This document shows positions 24,601-38,410 of a DNA stretch of 64,000 nt, one piece after another. Origin of the DNA: Glaucostegus cemiculus. Its lineage: Eukaryota. Below the pieces are notes generated by a model. The model saw nothing but the letters and a program-made list of their open reading frames with translations. It searched no databases and was not told the origin of the DNA. The stretch's first letter is position 1. Each line of letters begins with the position of its first letter. A program made the translations under genes and the position numbers. The stretch covers positions 19,840,001-19,904,000 of the forward strand of contig CDPCPM010000076.1 in assembly GCA_976551045.1 (NCBI GenBank). Direction: 5' to 3'.

Positions 24601-27517
24601 GGACCTCCTTAACTCATCAGTTATTGTCTCACTTGGAGATCTTTCGCCTTTCTTTTATCATTGCTACATCAGAATCCTGAAATCTTTGCTTTCACCATTA
24701 CTTCAAGAATGCCCACCAACAACTTCTCTTTTCAAATGGAAATACCCACTAAAAATGCCCATGCCTGTGTCACGCACCATCCCCAGACCTCTGTGAGAAG
24801 AAATGAGAGTGCTTGCTTGGTTTCACTGATGCTGATGCCTCAGGGGGACTGCACGGCTGATAAAGCACCAAAGGCCTTGTTATGAGCAAAAGAGTCTAAA
24901 GAACAAGACCAGAATGGATAGTACCAAAAGAGACATTTAAGGATATCAAGTTTCCTTAGCCTGGGTCGACCATGTTTTGATGATACTGGGGGCAAGCAGA
25001 AGGAACTGGGTTGGAAAGCACTGATATGTCCATATCACAATTCTATCTCTCAGCCTTGTGGCACTTTCACACAGCAGGAAGTTTATGAAAGACTTAATGG
25101 GATGGAGGTGTGAGTTTACAAATGTAACCAAGATGCTACTAATTTGTTTGAATGCTTCTCTTTACCACCTTGATAAGCTACAGTAATTAACCAAATTGGC
25201 CAAGGAAAACATATTGTGAGTCAGATGTGTTTACATTGTCCCATGAATTTTCCTTAATTGCTAATTCAAATAAAAAAACACCTCTTTATACTACTGAGCT
25301 ATTTCTAACATGCATTGCTGTGGCCTTAAACAGTTAGATAGCTAGTTTTGCAGTTTGCTTTAGGTAGAAACTGCATAAACACATTCCACATAGGGTAAGC
25401 ACAGCAAGGGATTCTTCATTCCATGTCACTGGAATTAAATCCCTAGTCCGAGAGGTAAAAAGCAAATGGTGTAGCTAATTGGCTTATCCAGCCCCCAACA
25501 GAGCAACTCCAATAAATTTTGCAAATGAATTGTAAAACGTTTGAAGGGAGAGATAAATAAATATATACAGTAGATTTGCACGGAGAAAGGATTGAGTTTG
25601 CTTCAGGTTTTGCTTACCAGACTTCATGACATTATCAAGCACATTACAGGAAATGAGACTGGAAATCGAGGTTACTGTTAACCCGATGTTGATTAGGACA
25701 AAACAATCTTCATTCAGAAAGATGAGAAACAAGACAGAGCATACTCGAACAGATGATTCTTTGTGTCGGAGAGTATGCATACCCAAAGAGTCATACAATC
25801 TCTCAGCACCACGAGTTCCTATTAACAAAGGCATTTTTGTAGGCTGATTTCTCTCCACAGCCTGACACATCTTGACATCATCAGTGGTGTTAAATTATTT
25901 TGTTCAATATCAAAAGGATGCTAAAGTTATTCATTATTCTTTTTAATGGTTTAATTTGTGAAAAGTGGACATGTCAAACATGTGCAGTCTAAGTCTTAAA
26001 AGCTGGGTGCTGATACAGAAGGAGTTATTTAATTCACACAAACCTATTTTAAAATTATAATAATTCTATTATCTACAAAGATAGATGCTTGACAACTTGA
26101 ACTGGTGTCAAATTAACAATCTACACAGGCCAAAGAATATTTATTCCAACAAATCTGGACAACTCTTGTCACTTCTATTATTCTGTCCTCAATTCTGCAT
26201 TCTGGTAAATCTACAAAAAGTACTCTTCATTACAGATATGAGAATGAACCCAAAGTGGAATTCAGAGTGAACAAAACAAAGTACACATTATAAATGTACT
26301 GACAGGAACCCAGGCATTATTTTTTAAGCTCTACTGTGCTGAATGTCTTCAGTTTCTGTTACACTATCAATGCCCATTAAAAAAAAGTCAATTTTCCCAA
26401 GTAAAATTATATTCTAGGTTGCTTCAGTGGTAATTTTGCTTCTTGTATTTCTTAATTCGCAGGGTCAGAAAGACTGTAAAGTGAATCTTGACTGTGGTAG
26501 AGAAACAAGATTTTGAACTGGGAAACCATTTGGACTGACATTAAAATTCTGATTGGAGATAACAGACCTGAATCCTTTGGGCAGATCTTCTGACAAACCA
26601 CATCCACCCCACCCATCCTGACACCCACTATGTCAAGGAGTGTTTCATGAGGAGTTGTTTTCTAGGAATATTCATCCCTTTGTGTCCTCAAATGGAGCTC
26701 ATATCAATCCCTTTGTGGCCATTTACACATTGCAAACATTCAATTGAGACAATCATTGATACTTTGGGATATGAATCCAAAATTAACATATTACATATTG
26801 CATGTTTTCATGTCCAAGTGTGTGCATGAATTAATTTATTCAACTTTACAGCGATATGTGGATTTGGGATTGGGGGGATAATGAGGTATCTGGATATGGT
26901 AGTATGGAAGCTAAGTCATTGACAGGGTAATCTGGAAATGCAGACTGATCAATAACTACTACTTATGCAGAAAGGATGTGTGTAGGCACCTCACAGAACC
27001 ATTACCAAACATCAGTCTTTGGTAGTTCTATCTACTGAATTGCCATGGCCCTTAAAAAATTTAGTCTCATCTAAAATTTTCAATAATTCACTGTAGTCTT
27101 CATTGCTGGTATTTGGCTAAACTACAGTCCAATTTGCACCTTGCATTGGATAAAATGTATCCTTTAACACTTTGATGCTACTTCATGGCGATTGCAACAG
27201 GCTGCCTAAGGAGATTCCTGTGTCAAGTCTCACTGACTTATGATTCATAATTCAAAATCAGAAAGTCTCCAAAATTTTTGTCAGTTTTCAGTTAAAATGA
27301 GTCTGTAACTGTCGTACTATTCACTAAACATCTTTTGCATTCCACGGTGTTAAAAGATTCACTGATGTAGTGTAAGTTTCAGAACTAATTCAATTATTTT
27401 TCCTGTGCGTTGTTTTGTTGGGCACATTCTCATCAATACAATCATTTTCCAATATGTTATATGCTGTTTAAAAAAAGGCATTGCCATGCATTCTTTGTAC
27501 AAACTGAAAGGTTCACA

Positions 27518-27659
27518 NNNNNNNNNNNNNNNNNNNNNNNNNNNNNNNNNNNNNNNNNNNNNNNNNNNNNNNNNNNNNNNNNNNNNNNNNNNNNNNNNNN
27601 NNNNNNNNNNNNNNNNNNNNNNNNNNNNNNNNNNNNNNNNNNNNNNNNNNNNNNNNNNN
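27518..27659. other. Run of 142 N (assembly gap or masked sequence)
   Basis: Directly visible. Confidence 0.99.
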
Positions 27660-28389
27660 AAATCTAAGCAATGCAGTGTATGGAGAAACACAAAGATTCA
27701 CAAAGAGCTGTTTGGATATTTGCAGTTCTTTAACCACACTGTGCCTTTGTGTATGCATCATACATAAATGTTATACACACACATGCACTACAACACACAA
27801 AGGATATCACTACCATTTTAGTATTTAACTCTTAAAAGTTCATGCCATGGATGGTCAATTCAATTTCTGCTTCTACCAAAAGGAGACCAGTCTGCAAGCT
27901 TCAATTTTCTTTTGAGAGGGCCAGAGGAGGAGCCGACCAGCCAAGCTTCCTGAGGCACCCCGGAGTGGGTGGGCCGCACTGGCACGCTCATTTTTTTGCT
28001 GCCTTCCAAGTTGTCATTAACAAGGGCTAGTTCTCAAAAAGAACTCTGCCTCTACCTGATGGACTGTATGTGGCTTAAATTGAATTTTTATCAAACTTGT
28101 TCAATATAACTCTTTACCTTCATATCGCATGACTGGACTGCTTTTGTCATTTTTCCTGCTTCTTTGCACATACGGATTCATTGAGCTTCCGGATCAAAGC
28201 TAGGGGAGAGCAACTTAAAATCTTAAGAGTTTAACTAAATTCCATTTGGTGGGAATGTTTGTACAGGATATCAGACGAATTCTAAATTCTTGCTGGTCCA
28301 AATGGTATCTGCTTGTTTAGTGACAGATACAGTGATTCATGTTATCATGTCTTTAAGGCACATCAGTCCCAGTAACTGCAAGTTTATAA

Positions 28390-28590
28390 TGTCATAGAGA
28401 CATACATCACTGAACCAGGCCCTTTAGCTCACCAAGTCTGAGCCAATCATCATCCACCCATTTACAATAATCTTACATCAACCTCAACTCTTTTATTCTC
28501 CCCCACATTCTCATCCAATTCCCCCCAGATTATCCAACCTGGTCTCTGGCACTGAGGCAGCACCTCAAAAAGCTGTACCACTGTGCTGCC
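28390..28590 (-). mobile_element. Internally deleted V-SINE
   Basis: Tail gtcatagagacatac...ggccctttag, then ttttattctcccccacattc and head ctggtctctggcactgaggcagcacc...ccactgtgctgccc. Confidence 0.7.
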
Positions 28591-30329
28591 CAAATTTTCT
28601 TTAAGTAAGATTTATATATTTTTTTAATTTTTTGAATTAAAACAATATTTTCTTCAGATAAATAATTGAACAGGGAACTAGATCCCCCAAAATGGTCAAC
28701 AGGGTCTTTCTTTAAATACAATTGTAAGGATCCAATGATGTTATTGGTTCGTGACCTGATCAAGACATCCACCATAACTTTCCCACCAGGCTGAGGAGTT
28801 ATGACCTTCTGGGAAACTGGAGACTCAAACAAGTTCACTTCTACTTTCTATAGTGGATCCAGGAATATCCTTCCCTCTTACAAGACATCTCAGAACACCT
28901 TTTCCCACATTTACCCAAGCACCAGCTACCACACAGCTTTCTGAAGTTTGACATTTGCTTTCCATCCAATACTCATCTACATCCAATACTTGGATAAGAG
29001 AACTATTTGACAATTTTGAGATTATCTCATCCACATGGTAGAGAGTATGGTTTTATTGTACCATTTTGCACTGTGCAAATAAGACTATTACAATGAATGA
29101 AATCCCAGACCAGGTGTACAGAAAACTGCTTTCCAGCAGGAAGAATAAAATGGTGGATCAAGAATAATTGACAAGTAGATTTCTTTATTAGACCCAGCTA
29201 TAGTCTATTCACTTATAACAGCCCCACACTATTATAACTGAGATAGGCCAACAAGCCTGGAGCTTCCTGATTTTAATGTCTAATTATTGCTCCACACATT
29301 TTCAAATTGATCCCTCAGGAGGACAGTTCAATTAGCTTGTCTTCAGTTTAAGAAGCACCATCTCCTTTGGCCATCTCATGATAGAGATTGTTATGTCACA
29401 TGTTAAAATTTTTGTTGCTTTTAGCAAAAGTTAGAGGGCAAAACTTGTACAAGAGAATGTCAAAACAGGTAATCATTTATCTAGTTTTCTTTCTTGTAAT
29501 CTTTGTTGACGGCTATATCCTTCCCCTCTCCTCCCTTCCTCAAAGGCAAGGATTCTTTGTAAATAAGAAGAAAATTGAAAAAAAAATTAACTTTCAGAAT
29601 TCTAGCAATCTTCCCTTTGATCTCAGTCTATGATCGTCTCACTACAGGTACCATTATTGACCACAGGTATTGGCATTTGTGACATTTCCTGACAATTATA
29701 AGTTCTACAAGTCTGCTCAAGTTATAAACTTCGGAACAGAGTGCACCATTCTAAATACTTCACATTTGAATGACATCATAAGCAGTGAAACTGGGAAGGA
29801 AAAGTATAATAACTAATTAGATTTTCCTTTACCTGTTTCTTCCAGCATGTTGGTTTCTCAGGTCTCAGAGTTCATTCATGTTCTTGAACAAACTGGTAAT
29901 TGGTCATGTGGCAGACACAGCACATGACAGACACTTAAATCCTTGAGTCATGAGTAAATCAACTAGCCTGTGAGTTTGAGATGATTTTTTAAATTAATTA
30001 TTTTCAATTGTTGTGCATCCTTGATGTACCTGTCTACACTTTATGTACGAGTATGAGGATGAATATCTTGGCACAAGATATAAATCATTTGATATCAGTG
30101 ACCACAATACTGGTTCAGAAATGCAATGGCATAACATATTTTTCAGTGATATGTTATTAAAACTGACTTAACCAAGCATAGAACATAATAGCAACCATTT
30201 CCAGGTCATTTCACTCTGGAACTTTGATTGAGCACTTGCTGCTCCCCCACTTACCACATCCTTTATCTCCCCACCTTCCCCCCACTACCAATCTCATTTC
30301 TGACCAACCAATTTCAAATCTTATCAACT

Positions 30330-30570
30330 TAATTCTCAGGCAACTATTTCTTCAGATGGGACATAAAACTGAAGCATTGTCCACCTCAGATAGACCTAAA
30401 AGATCTAATGGTATCCTTTCACTACTTGTGGGATCTTGTTATGCAAAAATTGGCAGATGTGTTTCTCTACGTTACAGCAGTAACTATAATTCAAAAATAC
30501 TTCTTTATTTGTGAAGCATCTTCGGATATCCTGAAATCATGAAAAGCAATCTACATTGTTCTTCAATTGA
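30330..30570 (+). mobile_element. Deu-domain SINE remnant
   Basis: cttcagatgggacataaaactga...aaaagatctaatgg...tgtgggatcttgttatgcaaaaattggc...ttcaaaaatacttc...gtgaagcatcttcgg. Confidence 0.7.
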
Positions 30571-33500
30571 AGCATCAGCTTGTATAACAGAAAATGTTAT
30601 AAAGAGGCTCAGGATTACATAAAATTATGATTAAAACTATGTCCAGAAGCATTGGTGAAATTTGGTAAAATTTTGCTATACATGTTAAGAAAATCTTAAT
30701 TGTATGTCAAATTTTATGTATGAAATTGTACATAGATGGAGGATTTTTATTAAATGTTAGGTGGATATTCTGCCCCCAAGATTCCTTCTTAGTTACACTA
30801 TTTCAAAAGGCAAAGATCCCCAGTATTTCCAGTCACTCAGACATTCTGTTGCCGAGTTTTGGTAGGGTTCTATTTACTTGTGCAAATGCCCATTCCAAAG
30901 TTATGACGACAGAGCAGTGATCCCAAATAAAACACTAATAATCTTTGATCTCGGTCAGCTGAATAGTCTTTCCTGCAATGGTTTCAATCTTGGCATGTAG
31001 AAATACAGATTACAAATTCATATTTTAAGATTAGGCAGAGTAAATTTGAGTTTTCACATAGATAGTAATTTCAAGGAGCAATTTTCCTGCCTGTTACTAA
31101 ATACATGTTGAATTCAGTCCAAGTCTGTAAGTATCCTTTTATGGAGCACTTTGACAGTTAAACATGGGTACTTGTACCTAACAATGGGCACCTGGCCACT
31201 CCTTGTCATAAGGCTTGCCACAATTCACCATTGAGTGACTAGTAGATTGACTGCATTATTCAAGCCACAGTGATGACAGACATGGAGAATGAAAATGTCA
31301 CATTAATGCAGCAATTGAATATAATTTGCAGCTAAGTATGATAAGTTTGATGTGTGAAAACTTAGTTTGGATCAGACCATCGGATCCGTGTTATAATTGA
31401 CTCATTATGTCAGATGAAAAATGTAATCTCTCATCATAAAAAAATCATCAAATCCCTACAAAATTACTAATACTTTTCTTAAAAGAATAATTCCCAGCTT
31501 TTTGGTATAGTCACCATCCCTGAAAATGGTATGTGACTGCACCAACTGACAGGTAAGAGTCTACCACACTTTTCATTATGGTACTGAGGTCATTGTTATA
31601 TGAGAGCAACAGTTTATTTCCCTGACTCTAGGATGTTTCTGATCCATTTGAGTTCTATGAATAATCTGATATCTTCTTGGCTAGTTTTTCATTGGTATCA
31701 ACATTTATTTTATTTCAAGTTTTCAAACTCCCATGCAAGGGTTGAAACAAGTGTCCTTGGAATTAATAGTATAACCGATTTTGTAACCACAACACCAGCA
31801 TAGCCAATTTTTGTCATATCCAATTTTGACATTATGGTACACTTCTATCATTCTTCAGTGTATCACTTCTTTCCATTTATTGTAAGTAAGCTTCCACTAC
31901 AGAAGGTCTAAGGTGAGTTTTCAGTTCCTGAGGCAATCCATTGAATTACTTATTTTTGGTCCTTGAGAAAACTGCTTCAAGTGATCTCATTAATATCTTT
32001 GTCATTTATCACCTCAGATCTTCCTAACTTACTTGCTTCAGTTTTATAAATATACTAGGCTTAAAGTGCAGAATTTAAAAAATACTTTAACTTCAAATCT
32101 CAGTGGAAAAATATTATATATATCTAAAGTTTAACATTTAAATAATTTTCAGCTACAATTCAATTGCTAATCACAGGTCTGTATTAAATATAGTCTTGTA
32201 GCTTCAGGTTACAAATGAGCATTCAGCATATTATTCCAACCAACATGCATGAGGAATTCTGACTGCTGTAAACAGAATATCAGCAGGAGTTTCTGCCATG
32301 TGGGAGCACTCACTGAGCGGATTGTAGATTTATGAGTACTGCTTATTTTAAGTAATTTGTTTTTCAAAGAGATTTTTCACAGCATGACTCAGGAAAAATC
32401 CCATGTGGCCAATGTTTTGCCAGGCTCAAAGGATGCATATTGATGAATCACAGCTATCTCTGACCTGCACTTCCATCAAGTCCTTCTCAATAGAAGGAAT
32501 TCTGAATTTGCTTGCTGATGTGTAGGGTACATTGGCAAGACATACCTTGCATAATTAGCATAGGCAACAATGAATTAATAAGAGGACACAACATGGATTA
32601 CTTCTTTGAAGGACAACCATGGATTGCATGTTTCATTTAATAATCCTATTTAAAATGGTCAAAGAGGAAAGCTTCATGCTGCTCTTTCACAATGATAAAA
32701 TTATCTGATTTGTTGATTTTACAGTAAAAAGGACTTTTGCTTAAAGTACTAACTTCTTTCAATACAATGTGGGTTGAGATTTGTGGGCTGAGGTTTGTGT
32801 TGAAAATGGACAGCATTATTTCAGTGACTTTGTTGACTTCAAGTTCAGGCTAAGACGTTTGTGGAATCAATGCACATAATTTATCTGAGGAAAACAGCAA
32901 CAGCTTAACAATAGTGCAAATAGAGTATTTGCCTTCCGCGGTGCAGAATTGACCAGGCCTCCCTCAGTACTCCATTGTGGCCTGTCCTCTACCCAATGCA
33001 CAGGGGGACTGATTTTGATTTGTTTACATTAAAATAAACTCTTACACTTATATATGCCTGGAAGCTTCTTTTCTGTTAGTTTATTATTTTCTGTACCTAT
33101 GTGCCTTTGCTGCTGCCTCATTGTATCTATACCTCACCATACTTGTGCATGTGACAATGAACTCAACTTCGATTATCATTCAGTACTTCCATCCCAGCAA
33201 GGGAGCAGGAAGTCCCAGAGTGGAGGCTCACTTCCTCAAGCACTGGGCCTGATGTCAATGGGATTGTAAGAGGACTTGATCTTTATTTGGCTGACCAGTG
33301 GAGCCATGTTGGTGAGGACCTAGTGCAACAAGCTCCCCTTTTCCTCCCCCACTAGATTTCATCAGTCTTGCATGCCAAGACTTTGGTAGAATCAGTGCCA
33401 TCCCTGTTATGTTATCCCAGCAACACACATGCCAGCTGTGCTGCAGTTAGTATATCTCCATAGCAGCAACATTAAAACTTCAATAAAACAAGAGAACTTA

Positions 33501-34167
33501 TTAAAAGGTGTAAATATTTCATGGGTAACTATCTCAATTCTTTGCTCAGGGCATGCAAGGTATTTCAAAGAGTGCAAGGACCTGGAAAATTCATTCTACA
33601 ATATCGTCTTGAGCTTTTGTCTGTGTTTGCAGAAAACATTTGAACAATCCAATTATCCAGGTCCATGACTAGTGGAAGAGTTTTGTCTACTGAACTAATA
33701 ATATTATGTGTAACCCAGTATTGAAGCATACTATTGCAAATGCAGATTCCTGTTCAATGAGTTAGTATTAATCTATAGTGACTACAAAGGCCAATAAAAT
33801 AATGGATAACAAGAGTCAAAGAAATAGAATAGAATTGACTACATGTTAGGAAAGATGCCAAATGCTATTGAGTTCTTAAAGGTGAAATGATACCAGGCAG
33901 ATATTGTATTTCAAATAGGTTCCTATTGATTTTCTAACTAAATCACATTTATTTCAAATCATTTCAATCAATTTTTTGCTGAAATAAGGAAATAATGGCA
34001 ATTTATTTTGTTGGGTCACCATTCAAGATACTACTGATTTTGGTTTCATATATCAGATTTTTTATTACTCACTTGTTCAAAATAAACAGAATATCCCTTC
34101 AGAATTGCCAGCATTTCCATACACTATCGTGCTACTCTAAATTATGTTTATGGATTACACGTAAAAT

Positions 34168-34400
34168 GACGCTGTTGCAGTGCCAACGATCGGGGTTCAA
34201 TTCCCGTCGCTGACTATAAGGAGTTTGTACGTTCTCCCGTGTCTGCGTGGGTTTCCTCCGGGTGCTCCGGTTTCCTCTCACATTCTAAAAGACATATAGG
34301 TAGGTTAATTTGGGGGTTTAAAAATGGGCAGCGTGGACTCGTTGGGCCGAAAGGGCCTGTTACCACGCTGTAAATAAAATTTAAATTTAATTAAATAAAA
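34168..34400 (+). mobile_element. Young V-SINE with CR1-type tail, head partly truncated
   Basis: B-box ggttcaattcc, core gtttgtacgttctcccgtgtctgcgtgggtttcctccgggtgctccggtttcctc, tail ggactcgttgggccgaaagggcctgtt and an AT-rich end. Many CpGs are retained. Confidence 0.9.
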
Positions 34401-35494
34401 AAATATGAAATTCTTAATCAAACTCAAAAATGGCTCAAAGCCTTTGCTGGTAAGTGGAAATTCATATTTTGGTGAAGATAAATATGAGGTGGAAGTCAGT
34501 TTGTCTATGTCCTCAGTATAAGAAGAGAATGTATGGATACTGTAAACTAGAGTACTTGAAACAATAAAGACATGCTGCACTGCTGGAGTCAATAAAAGTA
34601 GTTTGGCCCTTTAGCACAGTATAGCTTTAAGTAGCTTCTCAAAATCTTTTTATAATTTCCTCATGTGATTGATATTTTACACTTCTGTCTGATCCATTCT
34701 TTATTACAGTCTTTTCACCTGTGTATAGCTATCATTTTCCCGCAGACATCTAGTGAATGAAACAGAGCTTATGCTGGACCTTTGATAAATGTGTCATCCT
34801 CTGGCCCTGAGATACACATCCATCTGTAATTGCCTCCACCATACATCCTTTGACATAAACTAATTAAGTAAAAGTGAGATGATGATCAATAACGTTGCCA
34901 ACAAGATCCGTGCTCATGGCAAATAAAACTATAACTGCAGAACACATTAAGTATTCATCATTTGACATCCACTTCTTTTTGTATATGGTTTAAAATAAAT
35001 CTACATAGTGGAACACAATGGGTAATCCATGACACAAGTCTATCTTTTCACCTCTGGAATTGCTACTGAATCTAACCAGGATTAGACTTTCATCTTTGTG
35101 CTATTACAGTGATCTTTTGTCAAATAAATTTGGATCATTAGAGGTATGAAAACATTGAAATTATATTACTCGTCTAGTAATCCAGAGTATTACAGTAATT
35201 ATAGTTATCCAGGTGCATGGACCAATAATTTGGAGATGAATCTCACCATGAGAGTTGAGGAATTTAACCTCATTTATCTAGTTGAATCTATATAAAGCAC
35301 ATACCCAAAAGTTTGACCTTGGAACTCCCTGATGCTTGAAGACCTTATATGACCACCAAAGTCATTCAGGCTAGTAGTACTTACTTGGTATGATTCTAGA
35401 TCTGTGGTTGACAACTTTTAACTGTCCTCTAAAAAGGCTGATCGAGTTATTTATTTTGAGGGTAATTAGGGATGTACAATAAATGGCTTACTTA

Positions 35495-35785
35495 CTTACA
35501 AACAGCAGGCCATTGGGTCCATCAGGTCCATGCCAGCTCCCAAAAGTCCATTCACTTCAATCCCATTCTTCTCTTCTTATTTCCCTGCTACTTCCCTTTC
35601 ATTCTCTTGCTGTTTACCAATACTAAGGGGTAGTTTACACAGGCAATTAACCTACCACCATGTCTTTGGGATGTGGGAGGAAACCCATGTGGTCACAGAC
35701 TCCTGTAGACTCCTCAGAGCCCAGCATCCAAGGTCAGGATGAAACTGAGGACAGGTTCCACGTGCTCCTGCACTGCTGTGCCTTT
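35495..35785 (-). mobile_element. V-SINE, decayed
   Basis: caattaacctaccaccatgtctttgggatgtgggaggaaaccc is the reverse complement of the V-SINE core. Confidence 0.75.
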
Positions 35786-36114
35786 CCATAGATACTTGTG
35801 TTCCACAAATAAAATACCTAATAAATAATTTCAACCCAGATGCTAGTGAGCAAAAATCCATTACCTACAAAGAACCTCATTAACAACAGATTACGTGGCA
35901 GCACCAGATGGGTTAATTGGAGAATCATTTCCTTCTGAGGTGGGGCTAATATTCATCCATTATTTGGTGTACAGTAGAATGACTACTTAGGTGACTATTT
36001 TGTTTGATTTGGGAAACTGAGAATGTATGGAAGTTCCTCATCTTGTAGAGCACGTAAATAGCAAGTAAAGGACACACCCAAAAACTCTCATGACTATTTC
36101 TTGTCTCACTACAG

Positions 36115-36210
36115 CAAGCTTTGGAGGCTAACCTTACAAACCTTGTGAAGAGGAATACCGAGCTGGAGTCACAGATGGGCAGACTCATTCAGATCTGCCA
36201 ACAAGTGGAG
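36115..36210 (+). CDS. MID2: Midline-2 (TRIM1) internal coding exon, start of coiled-coil; 96 nt, phase 0-0
   Basis: Acceptor tttcttgtctcactacag|, donor |gtgagt. Translates [32 protein letters not shown], matching the MID1/MID2 exon after B-box 2 (NLTNLVKRN and LIQICQQVE are MID2-like). Confidence 0.93.
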
Positions 36211-37254
36211 GTGAGTTCTTATACTAGCAAGTTTGCTAACCTTACTGAGGAACAAACTAATGCTGACAATAGGTAGTAGAATTTTATTGCAGCAGGCTGG
36301 ACAGCACATAGATTTAACTATGTGACTTGTAACTGATGAGATTTGTTTCCTCATAAGCCTATCGGGTGGTATCAGTCTTCAGTCTTTTGGAGAATAGGGA
36401 GTTAATAGGAGGTCTCTGCACTTCCTCACAAATGAGAGCTTTGCTAACAAGTTAAAGAGGGTTACAGGAGATTCAATGAACCACTACATAACAAATGCTG
36501 ATTTGCTGAGCGAATTCGGAGATTTCAGAAAAAGATCCAGAGGCTGTATGTTTCCTCTGATTATTGGAAGGTGGTTGTCTTTATGGCAAGTCTGTAATTT
36601 TTGAGTGGGAAAAGCCTTTCAAAATAATTCTTATTAAAAATTTGCAGAAAAGAAAGAAGACTTTGCAGAAAAGAATCCTTCGGAAAAACAACTTTGAGAT
36701 GTTTGCTTCACACAATTAACCCAAATGTCGACTAACAAGTATCTCACTGAATCCCTTCAAATATATTATCTGATATAATATCCTGTGTTTATGAATACCT
36801 CACAGACCAACCATAAGAAAATCATCCTCCATGTAATTTATCATCACTATAACATAGTGCCTAAAGCTACCCCAATCCTAGAATTCCATACAAGCTCCCT
36901 TTCCTTGACAATCTATAACACGACTTAACAAATCCTAATTGAATTTTATGTTCTTTCCTCTTTCAACTTTAATATACTGTACTGTGTTAGATCACCTAGA
37001 TTATCTATAAAGATATTAACACCAAGGCAGTACAACCTCCACTATAAATATATGGCTTGAAATTTCCCTGTAGTGTTCTTGGCATTCTAGTTAATATGTT
37101 CATGCCAAATTCTGCATGCACAATTTAAAGAAGTTGTTAACATATTACTTTGCACTAAACATGGAACCCAAAGGAATTTGTAAAACACTGTAGGAAGCTA
37201 TGAAAGGTTCCATCTAATTACTACTTTTTTTCCATATAGGTATATTTAAAGTTT

Positions 37255-37670
37255 GAGATGTCAGCCTGGCTTCACTCAGTACAACTATAACCACTCAGAC
37301 AAACACTCCAGAACAAAAAATTCTAAACTATTTTGCAACAGTGATAATAGATGAATAAGGTGCCTTCCTTTGGATGAGATATTGAGCCAGCACTCCATCT
37401 GCTTGATTTAGTAGTTCAAATATTTACTAAGTATCTTAATGCACACAAGGATTTCTACTGATACTCTGAACAATTTTTTTTCTCATACAAAAATGATTAA
37501 ATGTTTATCATTTCATTACTGTTCACGGAATCTTGCTATGTGCAAAATAGTGGCCATATCTACTTTATAAAAGATTGCAGATCACTGCAATTAAAATAAA
37601 TTTATTGTGTATAAATTGCATTAGAAATCTGCAGTACAAAGCACCCTGGTAAAAATGTTACTTCATCTGA
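37255..37670 (+). mobile_element. Deu-domain SINE remnant
   Basis: aggtgccttcctttggatgagatattgagcc...catctgc, and cattactgttcacggaatcttgctatgtgcaaaatag. Confidence 0.65.
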
Positions 37671-38169
37671 CCAGACGCACTAATAAGCAATGCTTTAAAT
37701 TAACTTCTACACCTCCCTGTTGTTAGTCCTTGGCATGGTAATATTCAGTCTAGATGACTTAATCTAGCAAAATGGAGGTGAATCCACTTAGCATTTGTAG
37801 GCATCAATTCCAGTTTCTCACTTAACAGTACCAGTAAGACATGCACTTGTTTTCAAAAGTGGAAGATCATTGTGTAATACAGATTTATTCATCAGCAAAC
37901 CTGACAACACTTGCTCAAATTGCAAAAAACTTGGGTATTATTTACTTTGATGCTGGAGTAAACAAATACCAGAAGCAGCACTTACCTATGCCCTCTTTGC
38001 AGAGCATCCTCCTCCTCTCCACAAAACATATGTGCTTTGGTTCCCATTAATAGTCTAATTCCCAAGAGGAATTGCTAAAGTTTTGAGCTAAATACAAAGT
38101 AATTTCTGACAAAAATAAATTAATCTGGTGGTAGCTTTGTAGTCTCCAAAAACCTGCAGAACATTTTAT

Positions 38170-38410
38170 CATATGTGTAATGACACAGAAAGAGGCCTTT
38201 CAGCCCATCATGTCCAAGCCAGTTCTCTGGAAGCAATCCAATTAGTTCCATTCATTTCTCTTGATTTCCCTGTACCCTTGCAACTTACTCTCACTCATAC
38301 ACGCCCAACAACTCCCCTGTAAATTGTCCCTTCACGTGGGAGGAAACTAGAGAACCTGAGGTTAGGATCGAACTCAGGCTGCTGAAGCTGTGAGGCATAG
38401 TGCCATACCA
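38170..38410 (-). mobile_element. SINE/CR1-tail remnant
   Basis: acacagaaagaggcctttcagcccatcatgtc...gtgggaggaaactaga...gatcgaactcagg...ctgtgaggca. Confidence 0.65.

Larger units (their letters stand above)
1..36114 (+). other. MID2: 3' part (>36 kb) of the long intron between the RING/B-box exon and the first coiled-coil exon
   Basis: No RING/B-box coding sequence recognised upstream of 36115 within the window. The region is repeat-rich. MID genes have a long intron at this position. Confidence 0.75.

Noticed and set aside
23720-25140. Purine/G-rich segment unlike its surroundings
   Set aside because: Probably an old unclassified repeat. I could not identify protein motifs, termini or internal periodicity.
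25484-25870. 128-aa minus-strand ORF with an internal CTG|GTAAGC donor, and a plus-strand acceptor at 25860
   Set aside because: No recognisable protein and no matching partner splice site, so it is insufficient to call an antisense or cassette exon.
27359-27767. Four ORFs spanning the N run
   Set aside because: Artefacts of the gap lacking stop codons.
34168-34215. tRNA gene from B-box-like ggttcaattcc (also at ~43770)
   Set aside because: It is the tRNA-derived head of a SINE and runs straight into the V-domain. There is no complete cloverleaf.
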